62,806 nt of DNA, taken from the IMG/VR virus record IMGVR_UViG_3300034272_003223; one strand, written 5' to 3'. Numbering within the stretch: position 1 is the first letter of the stretch; every line of letters begins with the position of its first letter. The notes beneath the pieces were generated by a model. The model was given only the letters and a program-made list of their open reading frames with translations, ran no database searches and was not told the DNA's origin. A program made the position numbers and the translations under genes. This DNA comes from an uncultured virus (IMG/VR IMGVR_UViG_3300034272_003223). Lineage: Duplodnaviria > Heunggongvirae > Uroviricota > Caudoviricetes. Below, one piece after another: positions 39,283-48,756 of this stretch.

Positions 39283-40524
39283 TTAAAACCAATTTTTAGG
39301 ATTGGCTTTCTTTGCAGCCTTTTCTAATTCCCTAGCGGCTTTATTTGCTGCATCTTCTGCCGCTCTTGCTGCTTGTTCAGCAGCTCTTTTAGTTTCTTCA
39401 GCTGCACGTTGAGCTTCTGCTGCAGCAACTCTAGCTGCTTCGTCTGCTACTCTTTTAGCTTCAGCCGCTTGTCTTTCAATTTCTCTAGCTGCCGCTGCTG
39501 CTTGCTCATCAGCAATACGTTTAGCTTCAGCTGCTTGTTTTCTAGCTTCTTCGGCTGCAGCCTTTGCAATACGATCCGCTTCTTCCGCGGCTCTTTGTGC
39601 TTCAGCTGCGGCAAGTTCTGCTGCTTTCTTAGCTTCCTCAGCCGCGATTTCAGCTTGTTTATGAGCCTCTTCTGCTGCTGCTTTTGCAATTTCATCTGCA
39701 TTATTTGCAAGATCAATTGCTGGATTTAAGTCTAAATCAACATTAATATCAGCATCCAAACCTACTAATAAGGCGGCTTCTCCACTAATACCAATTGAAA
39801 CTTCTCCATCATTATATGTTGCATGAGCTTCACCTTCAACTCCAACCTGAACTCCGATACTTGCACCAACTTCAGCGCTTGCATCCGCATTACCAATTGG
39901 AGTATCAATACCAGCAGATCCGCCAGCTTCAACTCCTGCTCCAGCTCCAGCCATTGCGCCACCACCTACGTCAACTCCATGCTCTCCAACTGAGGCATGT
40001 CCTTCAACTCCAGCATGTGCTTCAGCATAAGCTCCAGCATGACCTTCAGCGTCTGCTCCAACTTTAACTTCTCCAAGTGGAGTGTCTAATCCAGCTTCAG
40101 CATGGGCTTCAGCGCTAGCTTCAACTTCTACTCTAGCATCAACGCTAGCTCCAGCTTCGACTACTGCATCTGTTCCATTCCAACCTGCTTGGGCATGAGC
40201 TTCAGCATTTGCTTCTGCGCTTGCATGAGCCTCTGCATGAGCATCTGTTTCAGCTTCAACACTTACTCCTCCACCTAGTTCTTGACTAGCATGAGCTTCA
40301 GCGTTTGTTTCTGCTGATACTTCGGCACTTACGTGAGCCTCAGCTCCAGCATATGCCATTCCACCATCAATACCAGCTTCAGCACTTGCGCTTGCTTCAG
40401 CGTGTGCATCGTATGAGGCATCAGCGCTTGCGCCAACTTCTTCATTACCAGTTTGTGTAGATACTGAATCAGAAATTTCTACTGAAACTTCTGCCTCTAC
40501 CTTAACTTCTTGAGTGTTTTCCAT
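39283..40524 (-). CDS. Ala/Gly/Glu/His-rich repeat protein with C-terminal TolA-like coiled coil
   Basis: About 270 aa of alternating AEAHA/VGAG strands, then EAKRAAEE repeats, ending NWF. Confidence 0.65.
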   Translation of the reverse strand: MENTQEVKVEAEVSVEISDSVSTQTGNEEVGASADASYDAHAEASASAEAGIDGGMAYAGAEAHVSAEVSAETNAEAHASQELGGGVSVEAETDAHAEAHASAEANAEAHAQAGWNGTDAVVEAGASVDARVEVEASAEAHAEAGLDTPLGEVKVGADAEGHAGAYAEAHAGVEGHASVGEHGVDVGGGAMAGAGAGVEAGGSAGIDTPIGNADASAEVGASIGVQVGVEGEAHATYNDGEVSIGISGEAALLVGLDADINVDLDLNPAIDLANNADEIAKAAAEEAHKQAEIAAEEAKKAAELAAAEAQRAAEEADRIAKAAAEEARKQAAEAKRIADEQAAAAAREIERQAAEAKRVADEAARVAAAEAQRAAEETKRAAEQAARAAEDAANKAARELEKAAKKANPKNWF

Positions 40525-40532
40525 TTTTTATA

Positions 40533-40841
40533 TTATTTGTTTTTTAACTCTTGAATTGCATCTTCAACATACTTATCGCGTTGATCCTGTAAATACTTGA
40601 TTCGTTCTAACATATCTTCCTTATCTTCCTTTGCTGTTTGTTGAATATAAGTTTTTTGTTCTTCGTACAGCTTTTGCCAATATGCAACACGCTCTTCCAT
40701 CATTACGCCCTGATACCAAATAACACCTACCATCAATATAATAGTAAAGGATTGTTCCTTTAGCTTTGAAAAGAATGTATCAGCAAATCCACTAACTGGA
40801 CTCTGGTTTTCTGCCATTAGATTTTTATCTTTTTCCTTCAT
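40533..40841 (-). CDS. Single-TM coiled-coil protein (holin-like)
   Basis: FTIILMVGVIWY TM segment followed by a coiled coil; lysis-like context. Confidence 0.4.
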   Translation of the reverse strand: MKEKDKNLMAENQSPVSGFADTFFSKLKEQSFTIILMVGVIWYQGVMMEERVAYWQKLYEEQKTYIQQTAKEDKEDMLERIKYLQDQRDKYVEDAIQELKNK

Positions 40842-41208
40842 GAACCACCTTTAATCCATGGTTTCGGTCAATATACATGTATTCACATGACACTAAACCA
40901 AATTGTTCAAAGTGATCTAAAACTTCATCTGCTGAAAATTCAGAACAAGAGTAAATATCAAATTGAAAAAATGCTGGGTCGGCTTTATCCCAAACGTGAA
41001 TGGCTGCATGTGATGTAGCTAAGGTAACTGTACCAGTAATACCTTCATTGCCAGGTTCATCTACATAAATTGAAGTTGGACCGGCTACAACAACCATTCT
41101 TACTTTTTTAACAAGATCAGTTAGCCACTGATTTAAAATATCTTCATCTTTTGGAGGGTTTTGGATATAGCCTCTTACCAAAAGATGAAGATGATTAGGA
41201 GTGAACAT
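40825..41208 (-). CDS. speD: Pyruvoyl-dependent S-adenosylmethionine decarboxylase family proenzyme
   Basis: HLHLLV, GITGTVTLATSHAAIHVW, FDIYSC. Confidence 0.8.
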   Translation of the reverse strand: MFTPNHLHLLVRGYIQNPPKDEDILNQWLTDLVKKVRMVVVAGPTSIYVDEPGNEGITGTVTLATSHAAIHVWDKADPAFFQFDIYSCSEFSADEVLDHFEQFGLVSCEYMYIDRNHGLKVVHEGKR

Positions 41209-41226
41209 TTTAAAATTCCTCGAAAA

Positions 41227-42063
41227 TTATTTTAATAGATTGTAATATTCGTTAAAGTGTTTAATACGATCATCAAGACCAATTGTACCACCATTAACTC
41301 TTTTAGTTACAGCAGTAACGGTTGCAGTATCTGCACCTTTATCGCAAATTGACCAAAGTTTATTTGAATCAAAAAAGAATGCTGCAGAAGCTAAAGGATA
41401 TTTAGTTGCAACTAGGTCTGGATTAGCTACAGTATCTTCACCAATAAACTTAGCGAAATTTGTGTAGTTTGATTTTCCAGTTAATTGAATATAACCACGA
41501 CCGCGGAATTTGAAACCATCTTTAGATGCTTCATTACCATTACCCATACGATCTGCATAAACTCTTGAAGCAATTTTCTCAGGATTACGAGCATAAGACT
41601 CATTTAGGTTACCTGGGAAATATTTACCAAAGATTTTTTTAAGACCATCTGCTGAATAATTAACATTTTCGCTAACGGCTTTAAATCCGCCACTTTCATG
41701 ACCACACTGTGCTAAGAAGTGAGCTAAACGCAAAGGAGTAGTAATATTAAATTTAGCAGCAGTATCAGGAATTTGCGCAAGAACTGCATCTGGTACATGA
41801 CCTTTAAGCGCAGCTAATTTAAAAGAAGATGGTGGAATTGCGGCAGCAGGGGCTGCAGCTACAGGAGCAGCTGATTCGCTAATACCTAATTTTGCAAGTG
41901 TAGCAGGTCCAGCAATACCATCAGCAGTAAGACCGTTTGCGGTTTGCCATGCTTTTAATTTTGCTTCTGTACCAGGACCAAATGATCCATCTGCACCCGC
42001 ACCTAATTTTTCTTGAAGTTTTTTAACTAAGTCTCCGGTAGAACCGATTTTAAGTACTGACAT
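41227..42063 (-). CDS. Endolysin: PG-binding domain + glycoside hydrolase family 19
   Basis: ADGSFGPGTEAKLKAWQTANGLTADGIAGPAT; AHFLAQCGHESGGF; FRGRGYIQLTGKSNY; TKRVNGGTIGLDDR. Confidence 0.92.
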   Translation of the reverse strand: MSVLKIGSTGDLVKKLQEKLGAGADGSFGPGTEAKLKAWQTANGLTADGIAGPATLAKLGISESAAPVAAAPAAAIPPSSFKLAALKGHVPDAVLAQIPDTAAKFNITTPLRLAHFLAQCGHESGGFKAVSENVNYSADGLKKIFGKYFPGNLNESYARNPEKIASRVYADRMGNGNEASKDGFKFRGRGYIQLTGKSNYTNFAKFIGEDTVANPDLVATKYPLASAAFFFDSNKLWSICDKGADTATVTAVTKRVNGGTIGLDDRIKHFNEYYNLLK

Positions 42064-42074
42064 TTTGTTAAGTT

Positions 42075-42470
42075 TTATTTTTTAAAGAATAATTCAAAGA
42101 TGATTCCAATAAGTGCAGCGAAAATAATCCACATTGCTTTGTTAATACCGTCTTTCCACTTATTAACTTCATTAAGCACTTCAAACTTTTCGCGCATGCT
42201 TTTTTCATTATCCTCTCTAAATTGAGTGTTTTTGTTTACTCTAACTACAACTCCTGTTTCAGGGTCAAGTAGGAGTTTTTTAATTTGACTAATGTCATCA
42301 TGCAACTTTTCGTGAGATTCCTCAATTGCCTCAACCTTTTCTTGAATAATCTTTAGTTCACCATTGGGCATATGCTTACGGATATGGTCCAGTGCACCAA
42401 GGATTTCGTCCATCATTTGGCTAACCTCTTCGTTATTGCTTTTTCGACGTCTGATAGGCTGATCTGACAT
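42075..42470 (-). CDS. Coiled-coil protein with C-terminal TM (holin / XhlA-like)
   Basis: AMWIIFAALIGIIFELFF directly upstream of the endolysin. Confidence 0.5.
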   Translation of the reverse strand: MSDQPIRRRKSNNEEVSQMMDEILGALDHIRKHMPNGELKIIQEKVEAIEESHEKLHDDISQIKKLLLDPETGVVVRVNKNTQFREDNEKSMREKFEVLNEVNKWKDGINKAMWIIFAALIGIIFELFFKK

Positions 42471-42491
42471 TTACCGTGTTCTAATTTTTTA

Positions 42492-42731
42492 TTAAGCTGT
42501 AGGTTCTTCTAGCATTTGAAGACCTTCTTCCCCTTGACCAGGTTCAACTGCAGGCTGTTCCATACTAGGTGCCATAGCTGGTTCAGCTTGAGGCATCATA
42601 GGCTCTTCCATTGGTTGCTCTTGAGCAATTGGCATCTCTGGTTGCATCTCTGGTTGCATAGCTGGCATTGCATCAACTTGAGGTTGATCTTTTGCTACGA
42701 ACTCATCGAAACTCATGATACGATTATCCAT
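42492..42731 (-). CDS. Pro/Glu/Met-rich disordered small protein with capsid-targeting-like motif
   Basis: NRIMSFDEFV; TATAAATA at 42754-42761. Confidence 0.55.
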   Translation of the reverse strand: MDNRIMSFDEFVAKDQPQVDAMPAMQPEMQPEMPIAQEQPMEEPMMPQAEPAMAPSMEQPAVEPGQGEEGLQMLEEPTA

Positions 42732-42774
42732 TGTTTTTCGGTTTTATTTTTGTTATTTATACGCCAGGAAAAAA

Positions 42775-42797
42775 GAAAAAGGGCCGAAAGGCCCTTT
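42775..42797 (-). terminator. Intrinsic terminator
   Basis: AAAGGGCC TTTC GGCCCTTTTT on the minus strand. Confidence 0.7.
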
Positions 42798-42820
42798 AAA
42801 AAATGTTGATTTGCGTAATA

Positions 42821-43204
42821 TTAGAATCCTTGTTCACGACGTAATTGAGCTTCGTCATGATCCATTTGAATTTTAGTCATTCTGTCCATTTCCTCATCAC
42901 TAATAGATTTATTAAATACAATCCTAGGGTACCAATATCTATCATCATCACTATCAAATTCATTATATGATTGATCTTTGTCAACTGAATATCCTTGAGA
43001 TTCAACCCATTGCATCATTTGCGAAAATTCTTCAGGATGAATATCGCCTCTAACCTGAATAGTAATTTTACCATGAGTAGAATACGTATCAGAGTAAGCT
43101 CTAACACCAAATTGCTCACTAAAGTCCTTACCTAATTGTTCTTCTTGATATTCTCCATATGATTCGGTGATATATTGACCAAATGGCTTAATATGTTTTG
43201 ACAT
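42821..43204 (-). CDS. Hypothetical protein with capsid-targeting-like motif
   Basis: KHIKPFGQYITES; GATAAATA at 43225-43232. Confidence 0.6.
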   Translation of the reverse strand: MSKHIKPFGQYITESYGEYQEEQLGKDFSEQFGVRAYSDTYSTHGKITIQVRGDIHPEEFSQMMQWVESQGYSVDKDQSYNEFDSDDDRYWYPRIVFNKSISDEEMDRMTKIQMDHDEAQLRREQGF

Positions 43205-43239
43205 TATTTAAAAATAATTTTTATTATTTATCTGAAAAG

Positions 43240-43268
43240 AAAAAAGGAGAATCTTTCGATTCTCCTTT
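43240..43268 (-). terminator. Intrinsic terminator after tRNA-Ser
   Basis: AAAGGAGAATC GAAA GATTCTCCTTTTTT. Confidence 0.7.
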
Positions 43269-43269
43269 G

Positions 43270-43354
43270 CGGAGGCGGTAGGATTCGAACCTACGGTACC
43301 TTGCGGTACAACAGTTTTCAAGACTGCCGCGATCGACCACTCTGCCACACCTCC
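43270..43354 (-). tRNA. tRNA-Ser(TGA)
   Basis: Cloverleaf with long variable arm; anticodon loop CTTGAAA. Confidence 0.95.
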
Positions 43355-43367
43355 AATTAAATATAAC

Positions 43368-43595
43368 TTACCTATTTACTATCATTTCATGCATTCGGTT
43401 AAGATCAGAGTTATCATATATTAGGATCTTTTCATCTCCAACTCGACCGACTGCCCTTAATCCGCAACCTTCACAAATAATTCCGTCTTGATAGTGTTCA
43501 TCCATCAGACTACCAAAAATTTGATCTGTGTCGATGTCTGGTGGAAACTCATCTCCCCACATTTCAGGGGCGCATTTGTCACAAAATTCTGCCAT
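43368..43595 (-). CDS. Small CxxC...CxxC zinc-binding protein
   Basis: FCDKC...ICEGCG. Confidence 0.55.
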   Translation of the reverse strand: MAEFCDKCAPEMWGDEFPPDIDTDQIFGSLMDEHYQDGIICEGCGLRAVGRVGDEKILIYDNSDLNRMHEMIVNR

Positions 43596-43699
43596 AGTTT
43601 AAAATTTACCCCATTGGGATTTATGTCTATTTTCTTCAGCTATCTTGAATCCAAGTAGAATCTCTTTAACAATAGCTTTAATTTTAGTTATTATATTTT

Positions 43700-44773
43700 T
43701 CATAATAGGTGTGGTTTGGCTTCTGTTTGACCAGCATTAGTTATTTGTACCCATTTTGGATGGAAAGTTGCAAGTGATTCTGCACCGGCATAGGATAGAG
43801 CAGATTTTACTCCATCAATTAGGCCTTCTACAATAAATTTAACTCCACCTTTAAATGGAACAATAGTTGATTCGCCTTCAACATTACGTTGAGCTTGACC
43901 GTGAACGGTTTTAGTTTCTAATGAGGCTGCTCCTCTATACCGCTTATACAAACCAGTTGACTTTTCAACAATTTGACCTGGACTTTCTGAAGTTCCAGCT
44001 AGGAGAGAGCCTAACATTACTGTACTTGCGCCTAGTGCTAGGGCTTTTGCAATATCTCCACTAGTTTTAATTCCGCCATCTGCCATTACTGGAGTTTTTG
44101 CAACTGCAACAATATCATTAACACAGGTTACGTTTGGAATTCCAAATCCAGTTTTAATTCGCGTTGTGCAAAGGGATCCTCCACCAATTCCAACCCGTAA
44201 ACCATCTGCTCCCCATGATTCTAAATCTTGAGCTGCTTCTGCAGTTGCAATATTTCCTGCAATAATATCAACATGTTCGGGTAAATTTTCTTTACACCAT
44301 TCAATCATGGCTTTTACATTTTTGTGATGCCCGTGTGCAACATCAATTAAGAGGATATTTGCACCAGCTTCCACTAGTGCTTTAGCTCTATCCATATCGC
44401 TTGCCATTACTCCGATTGCTGCCATAATTGGAACCTGTTTAATTTCAGCGTGCCAATCATCATACATAATTCCCCAATCTTCGTATGGTCCACCAAATCC
44501 ATCACCATAAATTTTATGACTTAGTAGTTTAACCTGTTTAGCCTGCTCTTCAATTGGCATAAATCTGTGAATACAGCCGACTCCTCCTAAAAGAAACATT
44601 CTAAATGCCATTTCCAATTCGCACACAGTGTCCATTGGCGACGCAACTAGAGGTCGCATTAAACCATAGCGGCGACTTACTAGAGTTTGTAAGTTAATGT
44701 TTTGACGACTTGAAACCTCTGAATAACCAGGTACAAGTTGAATATCGTCATATGTAAGGGCAATATTATTCAT
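43700..44773 (-). CDS. guaB: IMP dehydrogenase / GMP reductase family protein (no CBS pair)
   Basis: LTYDDIQLVP, ASPMDTV, IDVAHGH, VGIGGGSLCTTR, MADGGI, YRGAAS; start refined to 44773. Confidence 0.88.
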   Translation of the reverse strand: MNNIALTYDDIQLVPGYSEVSSRQNINLQTLVSRRYGLMRPLVASPMDTVCELEMAFRMFLLGGVGCIHRFMPIEEQAKQVKLLSHKIYGDGFGGPYEDWGIMYDDWHAEIKQVPIMAAIGVMASDMDRAKALVEAGANILLIDVAHGHHKNVKAMIEWCKENLPEHVDIIAGNIATAEAAQDLESWGADGLRVGIGGGSLCTTRIKTGFGIPNVTCVNDIVAVAKTPVMADGGIKTSGDIAKALALGASTVMLGSLLAGTSESPGQIVEKSTGLYKRYRGAASLETKTVHGQAQRNVEGESTIVPFKGGVKFIVEGLIDGVKSALSYAGAESLATFHPKWVQITNAGQTEAKPHLL

Positions 44774-45503
44774 TATCTGTAAATTTAATAAAGGTGATTT
44801 CATTTGTTTTAGGATCCCAGTCAAATGTTACTGGTTTATTAACATATTCGTAATATTCATTCAAGATTGATGCATTAAACCAGTGAGTATGTCCATCAAA
44901 CTTGTAACCAAATCCTCCATGGATATGACCACACACATGAATTTTAGGTTTACGTTCAGCTGAGTCTATATGATTTCTCAATAGAGGACACCCTAAATTT
45001 GGTTCATTATATGGAGGCCCACTCGTATCTAAATGACCTTGAGCTGGACCATGTGTAACCAAAATATCAGTATCTGCTGGAATTGCTGCCCATTTAGCAG
45101 CTAACTCTTCTCCTTGACGAGGAAGATTAAATGCCCAGTGATGGAATTCTGGTTGCCATGGACTTCCATAGATTTTTGCAGTGTTTACATTTGGATCATG
45201 TGGATCCGCATCTCCAACAATAAGCCAATCGTCTTGCAAATAATCAATCCACTTATAAGAGCGAACAATCTCCATTGATTTTTCTGGAAAATCTTCAAAC
45301 ATTCTGTCATGATTTCCTGCAATAAACACCTTATGGTCGTATTGGTCTAACCCATCAAACCATTTACAAAAGCTCACAATGTCAACTGGATTTCTTCCAG
45401 AGTTCATGATATCTCCTGCATGGATTAATAGATCTCCACCTGGTAAATCATAAGTTACCGCATTGTGCTTTGTGTGCGTGTCGCTAATTAGTGTAATTCT
45501 CAT
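44766..45503 (-). CDS. Calcineurin-like metallophosphoesterase
   Basis: SDTH, HAGD, AGNHD, VTHGP, CGHIH. Confidence 0.9.
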   Translation of the reverse strand: MRITLISDTHTKHNAVTYDLPGGDLLIHAGDIMNSGRNPVDIVSFCKWFDGLDQYDHKVFIAGNHDRMFEDFPEKSMEIVRSYKWIDYLQDDWLIVGDADPHDPNVNTAKIYGSPWQPEFHHWAFNLPRQGEELAAKWAAIPADTDILVTHGPAQGHLDTSGPPYNEPNLGCPLLRNHIDSAERKPKIHVCGHIHGGFGYKFDGHTHWFNASILNEYYEYVNKPVTFDWDPKTNEITFIKFTDNE

Positions 45504-45597
45504 CGATTGATTCTTTCTTATTTTTTACTTAATATTATTATACAAAAAAAGAGCAGTGTTTAGCTGCTCTTTCTTATATCTTCTATGTTTATTTAGG

Positions 45598-46155
45598 TTA
45601 TCCCAATTCATAAAATTTTTCAAGAGCTGCTTGTATTCTGTCCGAAATGGATGGATCAGCTTGTTCAGCAATATCTGCAAGAATTGCAATACCATTTACG
45701 ACCTTTTCGTAACCTGGTAAATAGGTAACGTTTTTATCCTTTTTGTACATTCTTAATATATCAATTAGGGTATTTTCAATAAAACCTGCAATTGCTCCTG
45801 AATTAACGTTCATTGGGTCTTCTCCATCTGGAGAAATTATTTCAGCATATTGCCTAACTTCTTCTCCAATTTCTGCGATTTCTTCAGCATGAGATTTATT
45901 GTCATGGTAAACATCTGCCTTTTTGGTTTTTGTAATAAGATCGATTGGAACTCTAACAATCTTTTTACTAGAATCTAGGAGTTCAATTTTTGCAAAATTT
46001 GCATCCATATCAATAACTTGACCAGGTCCTCTGTAACTTGTTACATAGTCGCCAGGTTCGATTTCAGGATTTTCTTCATTTCTTTGAAACTCTGCATCTG
46101 GATCTTGCATAAATCTATCAAGATCAAAGTCTTCGTATATCTTAATATATTTCAT
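45598..46155 (-). CDS. Hypothetical protein with capsid-targeting-like N-terminus
   Basis: MKYIKIYEDF. Confidence 0.55.
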   Translation of the reverse strand: MKYIKIYEDFDLDRFMQDPDAEFQRNEENPEIEPGDYVTSYRGPGQVIDMDANFAKIELLDSSKKIVRVPIDLITKTKKADVYHDNKSHAEEIAEIGEEVRQYAEIISPDGEDPMNVNSGAIAGFIENTLIDILRMYKKDKNVTYLPGYEKVVNGIAILADIAEQADPSISDRIQAALEKFYELG

Positions 46156-46555
46156 CGTACTTAATAACTAATTCTCCAAAAACTTCAATTTTTCCAACCA
46201 ATTTTTGGAAAGCAGTTTGGTCAATTTTAACAGAACTTCTAGTTAAATAGAGCTCCTCAACTAATTGATTATACTCTTTAACTGCTGAATCGCGATCTGC
46301 TTTAGTCCAGCCCTTCATCGCCTTTTTGTAATATGGTAATTTAACAACAAAGTGGTGGTGAGTTAGCATAGCATTTCCGCCTCTTTCCTTTGCGCCTTCT
46401 GCTATTTTAGTAGCGCCCATTAGTCGAGATTCGCTAAACTCTTTAAATTTTTGGTCCAATGCTTCAGTTGAGTTAACTTTAGGTTTTTCTTCAGCCTTAG
46501 CTTCAAGTTTAGCCTCATTAATAAATTCGCTAAACGTGTTAATTTGGTTCTTCAT
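46142..46555 (-). CDS. Hypothetical protein with capsid-targeting-like N-terminus
   Basis: QINTFSEFINEA; GATAAATA at 46561-46568. Confidence 0.6.
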   Translation of the reverse strand: MKNQINTFSEFINEAKLEAKAEEKPKVNSTEALDQKFKEFSESRLMGATKIAEGAKERGGNAMLTHHHFVVKLPYYKKAMKGWTKADRDSAVKEYNQLVEELYLTRSSVKIDQTAFQKLVGKIEVFGELVIKYDEIY

Positions 46556-46605
46556 GTAGTTATTTATCTAAAACAAAAAAGGACTGAATTACTTCAGTCC
46601 AATTG

Positions 46606-46687
46606 TACCCCCTAAGAGACTCGAACTCTTACACCTTTCGGCACTAGATCCTAAGTCTAGCGTGTCTACCAATTCCACCAAAGGGGC
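46606..46687 (-). tRNA. tRNA-Leu(TAG)
   Basis: Cloverleaf with variable arm; loop CTTAGGA. Confidence 0.95.
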
Positions 46688-46692
46688 AGGAA

Positions 46693-46950
46693 TTATTTCT
46701 TATATTTTATAATTTTAATTTGAATACTATCTCCCACTCTAACTGCGTTTCTGGATGTGTAGATTCGACCACAATCTAATTTAACTCTCCATTCTGGATC
46801 AGTTTGTAGTGTGTGTTTTTCTCCAACTTGAAAATACTCGACTTCAGTTGCAACGCAAGTTTGTTCTGTTACTTCACCAATTACTTCGCTTCCGCAACTC
46901 GTAATTAAGCCTGTAAAAATTAAACCAATTATAAAATATATCTTTTTCAT
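46693..46950 (-). CDS. Putative lipoprotein
   Basis: MKKIYFIIGLIFTGLITSC lipobox; the ORF-track start overlaps tRNA-Arg and was moved. Confidence 0.6.
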   Translation of the reverse strand: MKKIYFIIGLIFTGLITSCGSEVIGEVTEQTCVATEVEYFQVGEKHTLQTDPEWRVKLDCGRIYTSRNAVRVGDSIQIKIIKYKK

Positions 46951-46962
46951 ATCTAAATTTTG

Positions 46963-47037
46963 TGGTAGTCCCGCCAAGAATCGAACTTGGATCCACTGCT
47001 TAGAAGGCAGTTGTTCTATCCGTTGAACTACAGGACC
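46963..47037 (-). tRNA. tRNA-Arg(TCT)
   Basis: Cloverleaf; loop CTTCTAA; encoded CCA. Confidence 0.95.
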
Positions 47038-47043
47038 ATGCGT

Positions 47044-47232
47044 TTATTGATTTTTATTTAAGTCTCTCCATAGCTTGTCGCTATACAAATTAACTAAAAT
47101 AAACAGTGTCCACCATCTAACATCAATGATATCCAACATGCTCTTATCAAATGCTGCAATTGCAAGAACCACCATGAGTAGTAAGTTAATTACAACTTGC
47201 ATCCAAATTAAAAATTTACTTGTCTTTTCCAT
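47044..47232 (-). CDS. Small membrane protein
   Basis: 62 aa with two hydrophobic segments; GTATAATA upstream. Confidence 0.5.
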   Translation of the reverse strand: MEKTSKFLIWMQVVINLLLMVVLAIAAFDKSMLDIIDVRWWTLFILVNLYSDKLWRDLNKNQ

Positions 47233-47253
47233 AATTATATTATACCTAAAATT

Positions 47254-47330
47254 TGGTCGGGATGGCAGGATTCGAACCTACGGCCTCCTGCTCCCAAAGC
47301 AGGCGCGATACCGGACTACGCTACATCCCG
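47254..47330 (-). tRNA. tRNA-Pro(TGG)
   Basis: Cloverleaf; loop TTTGGGA; encoded CCA. Confidence 0.95.
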
Positions 47331-47353
47331 AGTAGCTAAAACTATTTTACTAA

Positions 47354-47656
47354 TTAGCTATTAATTAGTGTATTCTCTTTTTGTGACTTTGAACCTGTCA
47401 ATCCTAATTTTTTATCAAGTCTTGAATCAGTGTAGGATTTGCACTCTAATTCGACCCTTTTTATTTCTAATTCTAAATCGGTTCTCCATATCTGGAGATC
47501 TTGGTGGTAATCTCGATTTGTTTGATCGAGACCTTGGTGCAGATTTTCAATCTGCTTTGCTTGTCTGTTAACCTTAAGCAAACCAATAACAACTACTACT
47601 GCAAATGCAATAGCAACCATCGTTAGCATACCTAAAGCGAATGAAGTTAATTCCAT
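47354..47656 (-). CDS. TM + coiled-coil hypothetical protein
   Basis: N-terminal TM; SYTDSRLDK motif. Confidence 0.55.
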   Translation of the reverse strand: MELTSFALGMLTMVAIAFAVVVVIGLLKVNRQAKQIENLHQGLDQTNRDYHQDLQIWRTDLELEIKRVELECKSYTDSRLDKKLGLTGSKSQKENTLINS

Positions 47657-47717
47657 TGTTTTAAGATTATTTTGTGTCTTAGCTACAATGGTCTTATACT
47701 ACAGAAAAAAGAATGGA

Positions 47718-47954
47718 TTAATCGAGATGAAAATAGATCTCAGCCAGTGGATAGAGTTTTTCACTGGGGCTTTTAACTGATACTTGCGGTCGATAAACTC
47801 TAGTGTTTGTTTTCCTGTGGTTTTTTGCCATCCAGATTGTTACAAACTCTTTTACAGTATCTTCTACCTCTTCACCTCTAGAATTTACCATAGTAAATCT
47901 CTTGCCGATATAAGTATCGTCAATTGTAACAGGTGATTTTAGTAGTGTCGACAT
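47718..47954 (-). CDS. Hypothetical protein
   Basis: 78-aa ORF. Confidence 0.5.
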   Translation of the reverse strand: MSTLLKSPVTIDDTYIGKRFTMVNSRGEEVEDTVKEFVTIWMAKNHRKTNTRVYRPQVSVKSPSEKLYPLAEIYFHLD

Positions 47955-48040
47955 GGTAGCAGTTGTTAATTTTAGTTATTTAACAAAGCCGCCACAAAAA
48001 GTTTTTAAAAAATGAAATATTTTGTGAAAATAACATTAAA

Positions 48041-48505
48041 TTAATCTTGAAGTCGCCCTGCTCCTTTGTACGCAGCCTTATATCGAGGTTCCATTAGCGA
48101 ACTTACTTTAACGCCTTCTGCCCTATTTGCTGCATGAACAAACATAGTTTCTCCGATATAAGTTCCGCAGTGCCAACCCGATGGAGATTGACTGCTTCTA
48201 AAAAATACGAGGTCTCCTATTTCAAGGCTGTCCCTTTTAATTCGGATAGTTTGATTCCATTGTTTATAACAGACTCCTTCTAGTTTAACTTCATAAACAT
48301 CTTGATATAGTCTTTTATTAAACTGTGAACAGTCGATTCCATATTCAGTCGAACCACCGAGTTTATAAGGTTTACCAATCCAGTGAATAATAAAACTATT
48401 AAGCGTAGAGTCTTTAGTGAAAGGGGGAACCTCTATTAAATCCTGGCCAAACCCTAATGACGATAGTGCAGTAAGAAATACTCCTACCACTAACAATTTT
48501 TTCAT
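48041..48505 (-). CDS. Secreted NlpC/P60 peptidoglycan endopeptidase
   Basis: WIGKPYKLGG...GIDCSQF, GDLVFF, HCGTYIG, FVHA; signal peptide. Confidence 0.9.
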   Translation of the reverse strand: MKKLLVVGVFLTALSSLGFGQDLIEVPPFTKDSTLNSFIIHWIGKPYKLGGSTEYGIDCSQFNKRLYQDVYEVKLEGVCYKQWNQTIRIKRDSLEIGDLVFFRSSQSPSGWHCGTYIGETMFVHAANRAEGVKVSSLMEPRYKAAYKGAGRLQD

Positions 48506-48522
48506 AATTTTAATTTTTAATG

Positions 48523-48756
48523 TTAATCTGGAAGATCCAGAGCAAGCGACCTCATAAAACCAGGGTCAGCTTTTATTTCACTAATTGCATCTAGCAACTC
48601 GGATTTAGGCATGCCAAAAAGCGAGCATCGCTCCTTAATACAAGCCTCTTCTTTGGTGCCATAATTTTCCCAAACATCATAAAAATATCCTAATGCATGA
48701 TCCCAACCATAAACGATTGTAGTACCAGCTTCAGTTTTCTTGGTATATCTGCTCAT
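48523..48756 (-). CDS. Hypothetical protein
   Basis: YGWDHALGYF motif. Confidence 0.5.
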   Translation of the reverse strand: MSRYTKKTEAGTTIVYGWDHALGYFYDVWENYGTKEEACIKERCSLFGMPKSELLDAISEIKADPGFMRSLALDLPD

